From Minutocellus sp. GHC0000111 (taxonomy: Eukaryota): 64,000 bases of DNA. Shown in pieces: positions 33,287 to 45,222 of this stretch (its first letter is position 1; every line of letters begins with the position of its first letter). The notes under the pieces were generated by a model that worked only from the letters and a program-made list of their open reading frames with translations, made no database searches and had not been told where the DNA came from. Location: positions 372,001 to 436,000 of the forward strand of contig OZ361260.1 of the NCBI GenBank assembly GCA_977018835.1, given 5' to 3'. A program made the translations under genes and the position numbers.

Positions 33287-34160
33287 ACCTCCCACGTTCC
33301 TGCCTTGTTCCATGCCGATGCTCCCTCGACGACCGGTTCGGCCGACGTGGCCGTCGCAGCGGCGGCATTGGCGTCGAGCTTCTTGGGGGCGATGTCCCCA
33401 ATGAGCTTCTTCTCCTCTTCGGTCATCTCGTGATGGAAGTAGCTCGTCTTCTTTCCGCCGACGATTTTGTAGCCTCGTACGTGGTCCGATTTTGTAAAGT
33501 CATCGGCATCTGTATCCTTGACAGTATCGGCCTCGGTCTTGGGCTTGGGCTTGGCACTGCCACTGGCAGCGGTAGTCGTTGGTGCTGTCTTCTTCTTCTC
33601 CACTGCCGGTTTTGACGGAACCTTGACCTCACTGGTACTGGTAGCATTGTCGCTGCTACTGTTACCGGTACTGCTACTGCCGATATCTGCCCCATCGAAC
33701 TTGCCCTCCATGACCAGCAACCGCTCCTGCTCCACCTTGGCCTGGCACTTGGCAACCTCCTTCCCCAGGGCCTTGGCCATTTTCCCACCTCCCGATTCGG
33801 CATCGACCTTGACGGCCTTCTCGTAGGCGGCGAGGGCATCGGACCAATCCTCCATGGCGGCACAGGCCTGGCCGAGCCTCAAGTAGCCCTTGACGTAGGT
33901 GTCGTCGAGGGACGTGGCGGTGGTGGCAAGCTCTCGACTTTCGCTCAGCTTGGCCATGTTGAACAGCGCCAGGGAGCGGTTGCTGTGCAGGATGGCCAGG
34001 TCGGCCCTGGACTTGGCCTTGGCCTCGTCGTCCTGCTCCAGCAGCTCGATGGCACGGGCATAGAGCTGATCGGCATCGGGCCATGACTTTGACAATACTG
34101 ACGCCTTTCCACGGCTTTTTAGCTCCTCGACGAGACGCTCGCGGGCGCTGGACTGTCGGG
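33287..34160 (-). pseudogene. TPR–Aha1_N co-chaperone, 5' half (TPR clamp + start of Aha1_N)
   Basis: TPR 'ELKSRGK...A..LY.RAI', 'LHSNRS', 'YVKGYLRLGQA'; 'GYKIVGGKKTSYFHHE'; ends 'GASAWNKAGTWE'. Confidence 0.8.
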
Positions 34161-34432
34161 CACGTGCGTGAGGACGTCCGAATGGGGAGAGGAGAGGGCT
34201 GGGTGGGAGTTCATGTCGTTCCTGTGTTGGGCTGGTGGGCTGGGTTGACTGGGTTGGCTGGATAAAATGCGCCACGGCGAGTTTCGATGGAGGTCGGTCG
34301 AAGGACGGACCTCTCGACATGAGGAAAACTCCGGGTTCCAATTTATTCATTCCACAAAAAAATCCAGCAGGAGAGCAGGCGCGATCGCGAGAGCAAAACA
34401 GCAAGAAATCGCACAAAACGCCGGCGAGAGCC

Positions 34433-37400
34433 ATGAGCAACGAAAGCCAACCCGAGGCAAAGCGGCAGCGCATCGAGGAGCAAGACGATCATCTCATCAC
34501 TACCACCGCCGAGACCAATACCGACCGCAAGATGGCCGAGGAGACCAGCAAGATGGAGGCCGAGGCTACCGCCGAGGGTGAGTTTTGAGTTGCCTTTGGC
34601 GTCGGATCGGATACGTGGCTGCAGGCACGTGTCATTTTTGGCGGAGATGCACGGGCGGATGATATGAGGCACGCAAGGCGGAGGTCTGGACTTGCCCGTC
34701 TATGCGGATTTGGGTGCAGAGGCGTGATTTTGGACTCTCTGTTCCGTGGCCATCCGGTGCGCGGTTTGGCGGCCTCGTGATTTACCAACTGGAAGGGCAG
34801 ATGGTCGATCGGAGGGTTGCCTGCCGACTACGATACGACTGGCGGATCGTATTCAAGCATGCACATATGCAAACAGAGATACTAACACACTTTTCCGTAT
34901 TTATTGCCAATTACTCATCCATCAATCTTCCCGCAAACAACCCATATCACAGTCGACGAGAAGCTTTATTCGCGTCAGCTGTACGTGATGGGCCACGAGG
35001 CGCAGCGTCGGATGATGTCCAGTTCGGCCCTCCTCGTGGGCCTGTCCGGTCTGGGAGCCGAGGTGGCCAAGAACATCATCCTGGCCGGCATCGCCTCCGT
35101 GACGCTGTGCGATCCGGAACCGGCCAACAGCTTCGACCTCGGTGGAAACTTTTACCTCTCGGAGGACGACGTCAGCAAGCTGGACAGTGCCGCCGCCGGA
35201 CGTGCCGACCTCGTCAAGAACAAGCTCGCCGAGCTGAACCAATACGTCCGCGTCGATACGGCCACCCTCCCCTCCGCCGTGGCGTCGCTGCACTCGTCCG
35301 AGGCCTCCGAGGCCCTGTGCGCCCTCGTGGCCGACAAGGCCGTGGTGGTCATTACCGTCCCCCTCCCCCATTCGACCGTGGTGGCCGTCAACAATGCCTG
35401 CCGTGCCTCCTCCACGGCCTGCATCTATGCCTACGGGGCCGGGGCCTTCGGCAAGATCTTCTGCGACTTTGGCAAGGCCTTCGCCGTCAGCGACAAGGAT
35501 GGGGAGAATCCCGCCACCAGCCAGGTCGAGACCATCCTCACCACCAACCCCGCCGCGGTCAAGGTATTGGAGGATCAGGGAAGGCACGGATTGGAGACAG
35601 GTGACAGGGTCACCTTCGCCAAGGTCAAGGGTCTGGACGGGCGCATGTCCGGGGCCGAGGCCGGCACCAAGCAGTACGAGGTCAAGGTTACCGGCCCGTT
35701 CACGTTCGAGCTGGTCGGCTGCAACTTTACCGGATGCACCGAACCCGCGACGCAGGGATACATCACCCAAGTGAAGCAGCCGGTGACCATGTCCTTCCGC
35801 AGCTACGAGGAGTGCACCTCCTCCGCCAAGCCCGAGGACGGGGAGCTCATGATGTCCGACTTTGCCAAGTTCGACCGTCCCGGCGTTCTGCACACCTGCT
35901 TCCGCGCCCTGGAGGAGTATTCCGAGAAGAGTGGTGCCGGTGGTACTGCTGGTATGGCCCTTCCCAATCCCGGTGACGCCGCGGCGGCCGACTCTGTCCT
36001 TGCGGGTGCCAAGGCGATGGATGCCGAAGCCTTTGGGGACAATGCCGCTAACGCTCGGATTGCCAAGCAACTAGCGTCGGGAAGCCGGGCGGTGCTCTCG
36101 CCCATTTGTGCCACCCTGGGCGGTATCGTTGGTCAGGAGGTATTGAAGGCGTGCAGTGGAAAGTTCACCCCAATCAAGGGATTTCTCTACATCGATGCCG
36201 ATGAATGTCTGCCCGAGGACCTCCTACCCACCGATGAAGTGGCGCCCTCCGGTACCTCCCGTTACGACTCGCAAATTGCCGTCTTTGGTCGTTCCATCCA
36301 GTCCAAGATTCTGGACCTCAACTACTTCCTCGTTGGTGCCGGTGCCATCGGATGCGAGATGCTCAAGAACTGGGCATTGATGGGTGTTGGCTGCGGTGAT
36401 AATGGCAAGGTCCACGTCACCGATATGGACCGAAGCGAAAAGTCCAATCTGAGCCGCCAGTTCCTCTTCCGGTCGACCGACATCAACGAGTTCAAGAGTA
36501 CCACGGCCGCCCGTGCTGCGCAGACCATGAACCCGCAGATGAAGGTCGCCGCCTACCAGGACAAGGTCGCGCCCGACACAGAGCACATTTTTGGTGACAA
36601 TTTCTATGACAAGCTCAGTGGCGTTTGTACGGCGTTGGACAATGTCGAGGCCAGGCTGTACGTCGACCAGCGTTGTCTGTTCTACCGCCTCCCCATGCTT
36701 GAATCTGGAACTCTTGGTACCAAGGGCAACACACAGGTTGTTGTCCCTCATGTTACCGAGAATTACGGTGCTACTCGCGATCCGCCGGAAAAGCGCATCC
36801 CCGTCTGTACCCTCAAGAACTTCCCCAACCAAATTCAGCACACCCTCCAGTGGGCTCGGGATTATTTCGAGGGTGAATTCCGGCAGGGAGCTGAGGATGT
36901 CAATTCGTACCTCGCGTCGTCCGATTTCGCGGCCGAGCTGGCCAGTCAGCAGGCGACCAAGCTTGATACCGCCAAGACCATCCGCCGTGTCCTTGTCGAT
37001 GAACGCCCCACCACCTTTGAGGATTGCATCATCTGGGCCCGTCTCAAGTTTGAAGATTTGTTCGCCAACCAGATCAAGCAGCTTCTGCACAACTTCCCCG
37101 AGGATCAGGTCACCAGTAGCGGTACCAAGTTTTGGTCTGGGTCGAAGCGTTGTCCCAAGGCGCTTGTTTTTGACCTCGATGCCAAATGTGAGGATGCCGA
37201 AATGAGAAACTGCTTTGACTTTATTGTTGCAGCGGCCAATCTTCGTGCCAGCATGTTTGGCATTACCGGCAGTACGGATGAGGCAACATTCCGCGAGACA
37301 CTCAAGAACGTCATCGTCCCGGACTTTACGCCCCAGGAGGGGGTCAAGATTGCCGCCAATGATGCCGAGGCCAAGGAGCAGGCGGAGTCATCCTCGGCAC

Positions 37401-38134
37401 CGGCCGAGATGGACGTTGATACGGAAGTTGGTCAAATTTTGGAGTCGCTCCCTGCCAAGGCCGAACTTGCGGGCTTCAAGCTGACTCCTATTGAGTTCGA
37501 CAAGGACATTGACGATCACATGCTCTTCGTCACTGCATGCTCAAACCTTCGCGCCATGAACTACTCCATCCCAACGGAGGATACTCATCGCTCTCGTGCA
37601 ATCGCCGGCCGTATCATTCCCGCCATCGCCACAACGACCGCCCTCGTCACTGGCCTCATCTGTCTCGAGCTGTACAAGATCGTCGGCTCGGCCCGCCGGG
37701 ATCTCAAGCTGGAAGATCTCAAGAATGGTTTCTGCAACCTTGCCATTCCATTCATGACTCTCTCGGAGCCCCAGCCCCCCGCCACGACCAAGGCTATCCT
37801 CAAGGGTAAGGAATGGAATTGGAGTGCTTGGGACAGCCTCGACATCATGGACAAGGGCGATCTGACTCTTCAAGAGCTACTAGACTTCTTCGAGTCGGAA
37901 TACAAGCTGGAGATCTCCATGTTGAGCTACGGTGTTTCCATCCTCTATTCGTTCTTTGCCAACCCCAAGAAGGTTGCCGAGCGAAAGAAGATGAAAATGA
38001 GCGAGCTCGTCGAAAGCATCTCCAAGAAGGAACTCCCGTCTGATCAGCTGTTCCTCGTCCTTGAGGTCATTGCCACCGACATGGAATCTGATGAAGAGGT
38101 TGAGCTTCCCTACTTGAAGCTCAGAATCCGTTAG
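34433..38134 (+). CDS. UBA1: Ubiquitin-activating enzyme E1, 2 exons (intron 34578-34952)
   Basis: 'DEKLYSRQLYVMG', 'VGAGAIGCEMLKN', 'SNLSRQFLF', catalytic 'PVCTLKNFP', 'GRIIPAIATTT', C-terminal UFD. Confidence 0.97.
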
Positions 38135-38463
38135 GTGGCAGACATCATGAGAGAGAAAGAAATGGTATTATATTGAGAGTCCGGTTACTATGCAGTCCTT
38201 GTAGGCTGTAGAATGGAAGTAGCCCGGGCAAACGAAGCATTGGCCATGAATTTTCGAGGGGATCACTTTAGATTTTCAGTCCATTTTGTAAAAACTATTC
38301 TAGAAAGAGATCAAATGGCTGAAATATTGAACTGACTTTCTAAATGCTAAATGCTTTACTAATTTATTTTCTTATGTTGTCGCCCTTGACGGGCTTTGCT
38401 TGCGTAGAGAGCCAGTGGCATAGATCCATATTGAACTGACTTTCTAATTTGTTGCCTACAACC

Positions 38464-39584
38464 TCAAATAATGTCAACTTTCGTGACCTCCACTCGTCTT
38501 AAGAGCTTGCCTTCATAGATTTTATCTATGCGTGTATCGCCGAAGCTTTTCGCAGCTCCCCGAAAGAATTCTCTTTGGGCACTGAAAACTCGACTTGCCA
38601 ATTCATTTGTTGCTCTTTCTGCCTCGGTGGTGGGAAAGTCGTCAGATTGCGATGGCCGATCCATCGAGAATTTGGGAATTTCATCTCTAACCAAGCGAAG
38701 GAATTCATTTGAAGAGTCGTCTGGCAATAATCGACCAAACACAACGTGAGTCGCGTCCAATTCAGGGGCTTTCCTTGTGGTAATGCCAAAACTCGGCATC
38801 AATTCAAACATCTTATGTGTCAACAATCCTTTGCCTACACCATGCGATATTATATCTTCTGCACTCCTTCACCACCGCTCTTTTCAATCCATAGCTTTGC
38901 CGGGATAATGGAGGACCCGTACCTCAACGAAGTTCCGCCACCAATATCAGTAATCTCCAGAGAAGGTATAAATCCACCTTCGAGTAGGCCAGTGGCGTCA
39001 TCGAAGCGATTAAAACTCGACTTTCCGTAGCTGGGCTTTGGTGCATCGATTTCGGCAGCATTGTAAGCGGTGACGCAATATTTGAGAAAAATTTCGACAT
39101 GAATTGGTGCTGTTGTGCCGAAGAGACCAACCACCAATCTTCCATAAAACACCTTGTTTTATGGTGCGTCGGGTAAGTCGTCTCTAACATAGAACGTGCC
39201 ATCCTGCCGAGATATCCTAACGTCAAATGCTACTTCCTGCGCAATGGGCGGAAACATCGATGGGTCGTCATCGTTGAGCTGAGGAGCAGAAGGAGCGGCT
39301 TGGTCCAGTGACGCCACTGCACCGACTGAAGACGGCACCAACAATGAAGATGCTAGAGCAATTGATTGAGATGCTTTGCTTAGAAATGCACGGCGGCCAC
39401 TCTCATCGCTACTGCTTGACAAAGACTTGGGCAACTGCTGTTGCGGATTGACTGCGTCGATCTGTCTGCCGATGCATTTCTTGTGAACAGAACCAAATGC
39501 AGCGACAGTGACCAACCTCGTTAAAAGAAGGAAGGCCACAGCAGCAGCGCTCAACTTGGCTGGGCGTTGAATATGGGTAGTCAT
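38464..39584 (-). pseudogene. Cyclophilin-like PPIase, thylakoid-lumen type; in-frame TAA at 39159-39161 and frameshift ~38850
   Basis: Signal VAA-FG plus Tat 'GRRAFL'; 'GRLVVGLFG..AP', 'FGITT...PELDATHVVFGR'. Confidence 0.75.
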
Positions 39585-39999
39585 TGTATTGGCTTCCCCG
39601 TTGCTCCCAAAGCCACCTGATAATGATGAGTGACGAATGTGCGTGCGGTTCCGGGTTTCTCTTTGACTCATGCGATCGATGCATGATGCGATTTCTTCGA
39701 AGATTCGATTCATCATACATATTCGATTCGATTGCTTCAATGATAGATCTAATGCAATGCGCCGGCTGTCGCAAAGAGTGAACGATCTATTTTACTAGCG
39801 CCAATAGCATGCCATGCCACGATTGACCTCGTTGCCCTTGTGTAGATCTAGCTAGATCTACTTTTCGATCTACCGGCACCATGGTACCGGTACTGCGAGG
39901 GAATTGCTTTTTTAGTCCTGGACGTTTGAGGCGTACCTGACTGACCTCACTGTCATAGAAGTTGCACGCTTTGCTGCCCTTTCCAGTCATCTAGACTCT

Positions 40000-41511
40000 C
40001 TACCTTTGGATCCCAGCAAATCGATCAGTCGCCTTCACAAGCTCTGAGCATATTTCAGTATCATACATCGAATGTCCCGCTTCCAGAGGAATTCTCAGCT
40101 CAACCTCTGGCCACGCCTGTGCCAAATCCAACGCTGAATCCGGCGGACATATCGAATCTTTGCCCCCTTGGACTGCGATGCATGGTATCCCGGCATTGCG
40201 AAGTCTTTCGATTCCTTCAGGTGACAAAAGATTGCGATACTGGCCCATGACAAATGCAATATTGGTAGAGTAGTAACATGTCAACATGGCTTGCGCCGGC
40301 ACAAAGCTTTTTGCCTGCTCCATCGTAACATTTGGCGGTAATTTCTGTAACTTGGCATCAACGTATTGCCCAACATTATCGTCAATTGATCGAGGGGATG
40401 CTGAAGAAGCAGAATCATCATATTCAACGGAATCCTCGAGTAAAACGTCAGAAGAGAATCGACGCAGTCTTCCTGCTTCTTCGGCGGCCAATGCGTCTGT
40501 TTCACCAGCATCGATAGGTCCGAAAGCATCGTGATATGACCAACCGCATATTTCATCCCAAACCAAAAGCTGTCGGTCAGAATTGTCCGTGTTGTTTGTT
40601 GCGCTCTGCTTTCCCTTTTTTTTCAAAGAAAATATGGACATTTCCCACTTCATCCAAGCTGACATTGCACTCACACGAAGCGCAGGATCAACGCCGAGCA
40701 GGCAATCATGGTATCTATTCAAGGCATAGCGGTTTATTTCTTTCCCACTGTCATTTAGAACATTGACAGATTTCTCAAACTCTTTCCAGCCTTCAGGATT
40801 CAGCTCATCTGCGCCCCCGTTCCTGGCAAAGAGCCAATCGATTTCAGCTTGGCGAAATAAGCAAACACCCCGCAATACCATTCCTCCAACTCTTTCGGGA
40901 TATTCTTGCGCGTATGCCAACGCGAGGGTAGTGCCCCAGCTACCACCCATAATTACATCCCACTGGTCGTAGCCCAGGTGAATTCGCAAGGATTCTATAT
41001 CCTGCACCAAATGTGTGAGCGTGTTGTTGGCAGTTTCCCCTTTTGGCGTGCTTCGGCCGCATCCTCTCTGGTCCAGCAAAGTGACACGATAGTGGTCTGG
41101 TGAAAAAAATCGCGCGTGGTTGGGGAAGCAGCCGGCACCAGGACCACCATGAAGGAATAGAGCATTGACTGATGCATTGGTAGGGTTGTTGTACTGCTCA
41201 TAGTAGAGAGTGTGCGTGGAATCCACATCGAGCGTCCCATTGTTGGTCGCATTTGACGTAGGATAGAGCGTTCGCAATTGCGTCCTTGATTTCTCTTCAA
41301 CTGACGCTGCTGTCGACGCAGGAGCTGATGCCGGGGCTATTGAGTACAACTGCGTTTCACCCTCGTGTCTGTTTCTCTGTCGACGCTGGTGGGGTGGAGG
41401 GTGGAAAGTGCAAAATAATCTGTTCTTCGGCGCGCCCGATGGCGACCAAGCATTGGACGGGCCGACGAAGGCAGAAACTAACAGGCATATGCAGCGTATT
41501 GCAGGTGTCAT
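40000..41511 (-). CDS. pip: Proline iminopeptidase (S33), predicted plastid-targeted
   Basis: 'FLHGGPG', 'DQRGCGRS', 'GGSWGTTL', 'VQGGKDSICP', 'AGHS'. Confidence 0.92.
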   Translation of the reverse strand: MTPAIRCICLLVSAFVGPSNAWSPSGAPKNRLFCTFHPPPHQRRQRNRHEGETQLYSIAPASAPASTAASVEEKSRTQLRTLYPTSNATNNGTLDVDSTHTLYYEQYNNPTNASVNALFLHGGPGAGCFPNHARFFSPDHYRVTLLDQRGCGRSTPKGETANNTLTHLVQDIESLRIHLGYDQWDVIMGGSWGTTLALAYAQEYPERVGGMVLRGVCLFRQAEIDWLFARNGGADELNPEGWKEFEKSVNVLNDSGKEINRYALNRYHDCLLGVDPALRVSAMSAWMKWEMSIFSLKKKGKQSATNNTDNSDRQLLVWDEICGWSYHDAFGPIDAGETDALAAEEAGRLRRFSSDVLLEDSVEYDDSASSASPRSIDDNVGQYVDAKLQKLPPNVTMEQAKSFVPAQAMLTCYYSTNIAFVMGQYRNLLSPEGIERLRNAGIPCIAVQGGKDSICPPDSALDLAQAWPEVELRIPLEAGHSMYDTEICSELVKATDRFAGIQR

Positions 41512-41937
41512 GCTTGGTGATTTGTGTGGATTGACGCCTTCCTCATCTCATGGTTGACGACGTTGAAGAATGACGTTGACATTTTATTTTATTTTACCGG
41601 CACTACCAATCACCCTTTATCATGACACTGACCTCAGTCTGGTGGACTGACGATGAAATGGATTTCATTGGTGCTCCGATACAGACTTTTTTCCATTCGT
41701 TGGGGAGGCATACTCGTAGTACCTCGCAGCTCTATTTTTAAATAGCTACAATGTGTTCCATTATGCTTTTTTCATTTGCATGGCTGGCTGGACAGGAAAG
41801 AAACGAACGTTCATCATCATCTGTCAGCAGTCAGACGGAGAGCGACCCATCTCTCATTCTGCGTCGAAAGTTCAGCGACACACAAAGATAATGACATGTA
41901 GGTCAATAAAGAGACCTCTCTTTTCGCATGCCACCAA

Positions 41938-42363
41938 TTATCCTCTTGCTGGCTTGCCAACCACGACGCCCTGCTCGTCTATGTGTACCCAAACTCGATA
42001 GTAATTGAACTTTTTTGCGGGTGCGAAAAACATGGACAGTCATCTCGGGATTGGCCGCCTCAATGATCGCCTTGCATTCCATCCCAGTCAGACCCACACA
42101 CTCCGGCCATGGCCCCTGTGCGTTGACTGTCTGAAGCGATCGATGCTGATCGTCCACATTCGATCTGGCTTGAATGTCGTCATCAGGATCGATTGTAGCC
42201 GAGAGGGGATTGGACGTTCGTGCTGTGGCTGAGATATGTGCTGGGGCAACGGATCTGCCAAGGTTGTCTGAACTTCCTCGTACAGTCGAGCCTCGGAACC
42301 ACCACATGATAGAACCAAGGACGTTGCGGCGACGCCGGCCACGAGGTGCAGCGGGCGCTTCAT
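41938..42363 (-). pseudogene. Secreted potato inhibitor I (I13)-like serine protease inhibitor, two frameshifts
   Basis: Signal peptide MKRPLHLVAGV...; 'GPWPECVGLTG.EC...I'; shifted frame gives 'YRVWVHIDEQGVVVGKPARG*'. Confidence 0.7.
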
Positions 42364-42710
42364 GGTTGGGATCAACATAATGCGCTTCGTCTTCTTTTCG
42401 AAAATGGCAAAATCTGGCTGGATTTCATCAGGTCTTTGAACCTGATACTGATTGTTTGAATAAATCGGTAGGAATTCACATGAGAGGGGGTTTTCCACGT
42501 GATCTATGAGATTTACTTTTCCCAAAATTTATTGGGAGGCAAAACTTATTCTTCTGACACAACGACACGCATGTCGACGGACGGACGACCTGACCACCTC
42601 ATCGCCCCGCCCATCGCCATGTTTCATTCTCGCGCCGTCTTTGCTCCGACGCGGCCATACTAGCGTATTCAAGCTTTCCCTTCGCTTTGAGCTGCTTCTT
42701 TTCGGTCTCC

Positions 42711-44279
42711 ATGAACCCCGCAGCCGTCAACTCAGCCACCCGGTCCGTTCTTCGAACTCTCGCACGAAGGGCAGGACCAGCGTCAGCATCGTCGATCTCC
42801 AGTGGTGCCGCTTCTGCCACCCGCAACGTGGCTGCCTTTTCGTCCATGGCATCTCCAATGACTGCCACCGCTGGCACGTCGTCTACCGGTGTTCCCCGCC
42901 GAGCCTTTTCGTCGACCTCGACGCTCTGCTCGGCGGCCGCACCCACTGGTGAGGAAATTCTCGCCCACTTCGGCGACCGCGCATCTTCCTTACAGGGCAC
43001 CGATATTGTTGGCGCCATGGAAAGTTTGGCCAACGCCGATGCCGTCTGCTTCGACGTTGACTCCACCGTCATTGACGAGGAGGGTATTGTGAGTTCTGTC
43101 TTTTGTGACTCCGTGGCTAGATGATTTTGATTCCACGAGCTTGTTTCGTCGTTTGTTTGTTTTTGTTTGTCGCTCGTTTTGCAAAACCTGAACTGGTCGG
43201 ACCAAGCTGGCCACGATGCATGCAATTTACTTCCGCGCCTCCGTGCGTTCTAGGAAGGGGCGAGCAATGACTGGCACGCAGACCACTTGTGTGTAAAATT
43301 CAGGAAGAATAACGGGTCACTACTCTTTTGGAGGTGATTCGCACTTTTGGGAGTGATTCGATAGTCGATCGCCCTCGTTGCGCTTCGTCGTGACTTGGGA
43401 AGGTCCTATCACCTATAATCTCTTCCGGCGGTTAGCGGTCGGAAGGGCCGAGCCTCTTTGCGGGCTTGGTTCTTCACCCCCGGTTGACTTTGAAGATCCT
43501 CTGTTTGCACGATCGCATGGCCGTTGGGGATATGCCGCTATTGCTGCCAGACATTTTTTTAACCTTTCGAAATGGTTGCTCTCCTTACTTGCGAGACCAA
43601 TATCAACCCCGATATCCATACAGAAAGCCTGACACGAGTTGTTTTCTTTCTTTTATCTTGTTGGCTGTAGGATGTTCTCGCGGCCTCCCTCGGAAAGGGT
43701 GAAGAGGTTGCCGCCTGGACGCTCAAGGCAATGGAGGGCGATACCAAGTTCGAAGATGCTCTCGCTGCTCGTCTGGCCATTATCCAGCCTTCCCGTGCTC
43801 AGATTGAAAAATGTCTCAGTGATACGCCCCTTCGCACCAGCCCAGGAGTTGACAAGCTTATTGCTGCACTGAATGCTCGTGGTACCGATGTCTACTTCAT
43901 CTCCGGTGGATTCCGTATCATGATTGAGCCTGTAGCAAAGGCGGTCATGGTGTCCAAGAGCAACATCTTTGCCAACACCATTCTCTTCGACGAGGATGGC
44001 AACTATGCTGGATTCGATGCCAACGAACCCACCAGTGCTGATATGGGCAAGCCCAAGGCCGTAGGACAAATAAAGGCCGAGCATGGATACGAAACTGTCG
44101 TTATGGTCGGCGATGGCGCTACCGACATGCAAGCCAAGCCTCCCGCCAACAGCTTCATTGGATACGGTGGAGTGGCGGTCCGTGATGCCGTCAGGGATGG
44201 TGCGTGCTGGTTCGTCAAGGATTTTGACGCCATGACGGAGATCGTCAACAATTTTGGAGAGCGTAAGCTCAAGAACTAA
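42711..44279 (+). CDS. PSP: Phosphoserine phosphatase (HAD), 2 exons (intron 43089-43670)
   Basis: 'CFDVDSTVI.EEGI|D', 'AMEG', 'ISGGFR', 'MVGDGATD'. Confidence 0.92.
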
Positions 44280-44371
44280 TTCAGCGCGATAACCTCTAAT
44301 TAATGCTACATAATATTGATTCGCTTATAGAAAATTCTACCAACATGTATTGCCTGAGATGGACGGGACCA

Positions 44372-45064
44372 TTACTTCAGCCTTTCCAACTTGACATCAA
44401 ACAAAAGCGACGCATCTCGTCTCTTATTTCTAATGACACTGTCTAGAGCACGCTGTGTGTCTGCCGTAAATGGCACTGGTTCCAAGAGCTTATCTTTTGT
44501 AGTATCGTATCCCATTGCCTCGGGCACAATAATTCGTCTGATACCTCCTTTCCTCATTCCTTGAACTCCCTCCTCGAGACCAGGAATAGCTGTCCCCTCT
44601 CCGATGACAAATGTCAGCGGTAATCCTTCTCCAAATCCAGTATCGTCGTTCTTTTTGCTGTCGTAAAAGATGACACCATTCAAATTCAACAACCTGCCTG
44701 TCAGTTGAAGTGATACTTTCGTACCCCTCTGTGCGATGGCATCACCAGATCCAGGACGAAAATCTTTGACCTTCACGCCACTGTCAAGAGTGCGAAATGG
44801 AGTCTCTCCGTCGGGAGCTGGTGCCTGAGTCCCAACGTCTGTAAACTCCTTCGGTTTGTTGCCCTCGTCGCCTACAGCCAAAACAGGCGATGATTGTCCT
44901 GCTACCGATGCCGCAGCGACGGCAGCAGCAACGAATGGGCGAAACGCTGATCGTCGATCAACATTTGCTGCCCTTCTAGGCTTCTGAAGCGGAGAGTAGG
45001 CCGAAACGCCCTGCGCGAGCACAGATAACGCCAGGAAAGCGAGGGCACGGGGGTGTTTCATCAT
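44372..45064 (-). CDS. FKBP-type PPIase, thylakoid-lumen type
   Basis: Signal + 'DRRSAF' Tat motif; 'F.IG.G.AIPGLEEGV.GMRKGGIRRIIVP..MGY', 'LLFDVKL'. Confidence 0.9.
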   Translation of the reverse strand: MMKHPRALAFLALSVLAQGVSAYSPLQKPRRAANVDRRSAFRPFVAAAVAAASVAGQSSPVLAVGDEGNKPKEFTDVGTQAPAPDGETPFRTLDSGVKVKDFRPGSGDAIAQRGTKVSLQLTGRLLNLNGVIFYDSKKNDDTGFGEGLPLTFVIGEGTAIPGLEEGVQGMRKGGIRRIIVPEAMGYDTTKDKLLEPVPFTADTQRALDSVIRNKRRDASLLFDVKLERLK

Positions 45065-45222
45065 GGTTACGTCTCTGAGATTGTCAGATTGTCACGAGGC
45101 CGCGGGCCGCCGCCGTGAGCGATGGCTGAGATGCGATGACGTACTCGTACCACACATGGTACGTACGCGTTGTCGTTTTGCTCCTTCGATCCTCAAAGGC
45201 AGTCTATCCCGTACATGTATCG

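Noticed and set aside
34922..37205. Long antisense/alternate-frame ORFs over UBA1 (also 18313-19521, 55475-56266)
   Set aside because: Shadow ORFs from GC3 codon bias of the real genes
13509..39161. TAA reassigned to Glu (alternative genetic code) at in-frame stops 13509 and 39159
   Set aside because: TAA is the normal terminator of several genes here (e.g. UEV, PSP, FKBP), and both affected genes have other lesions
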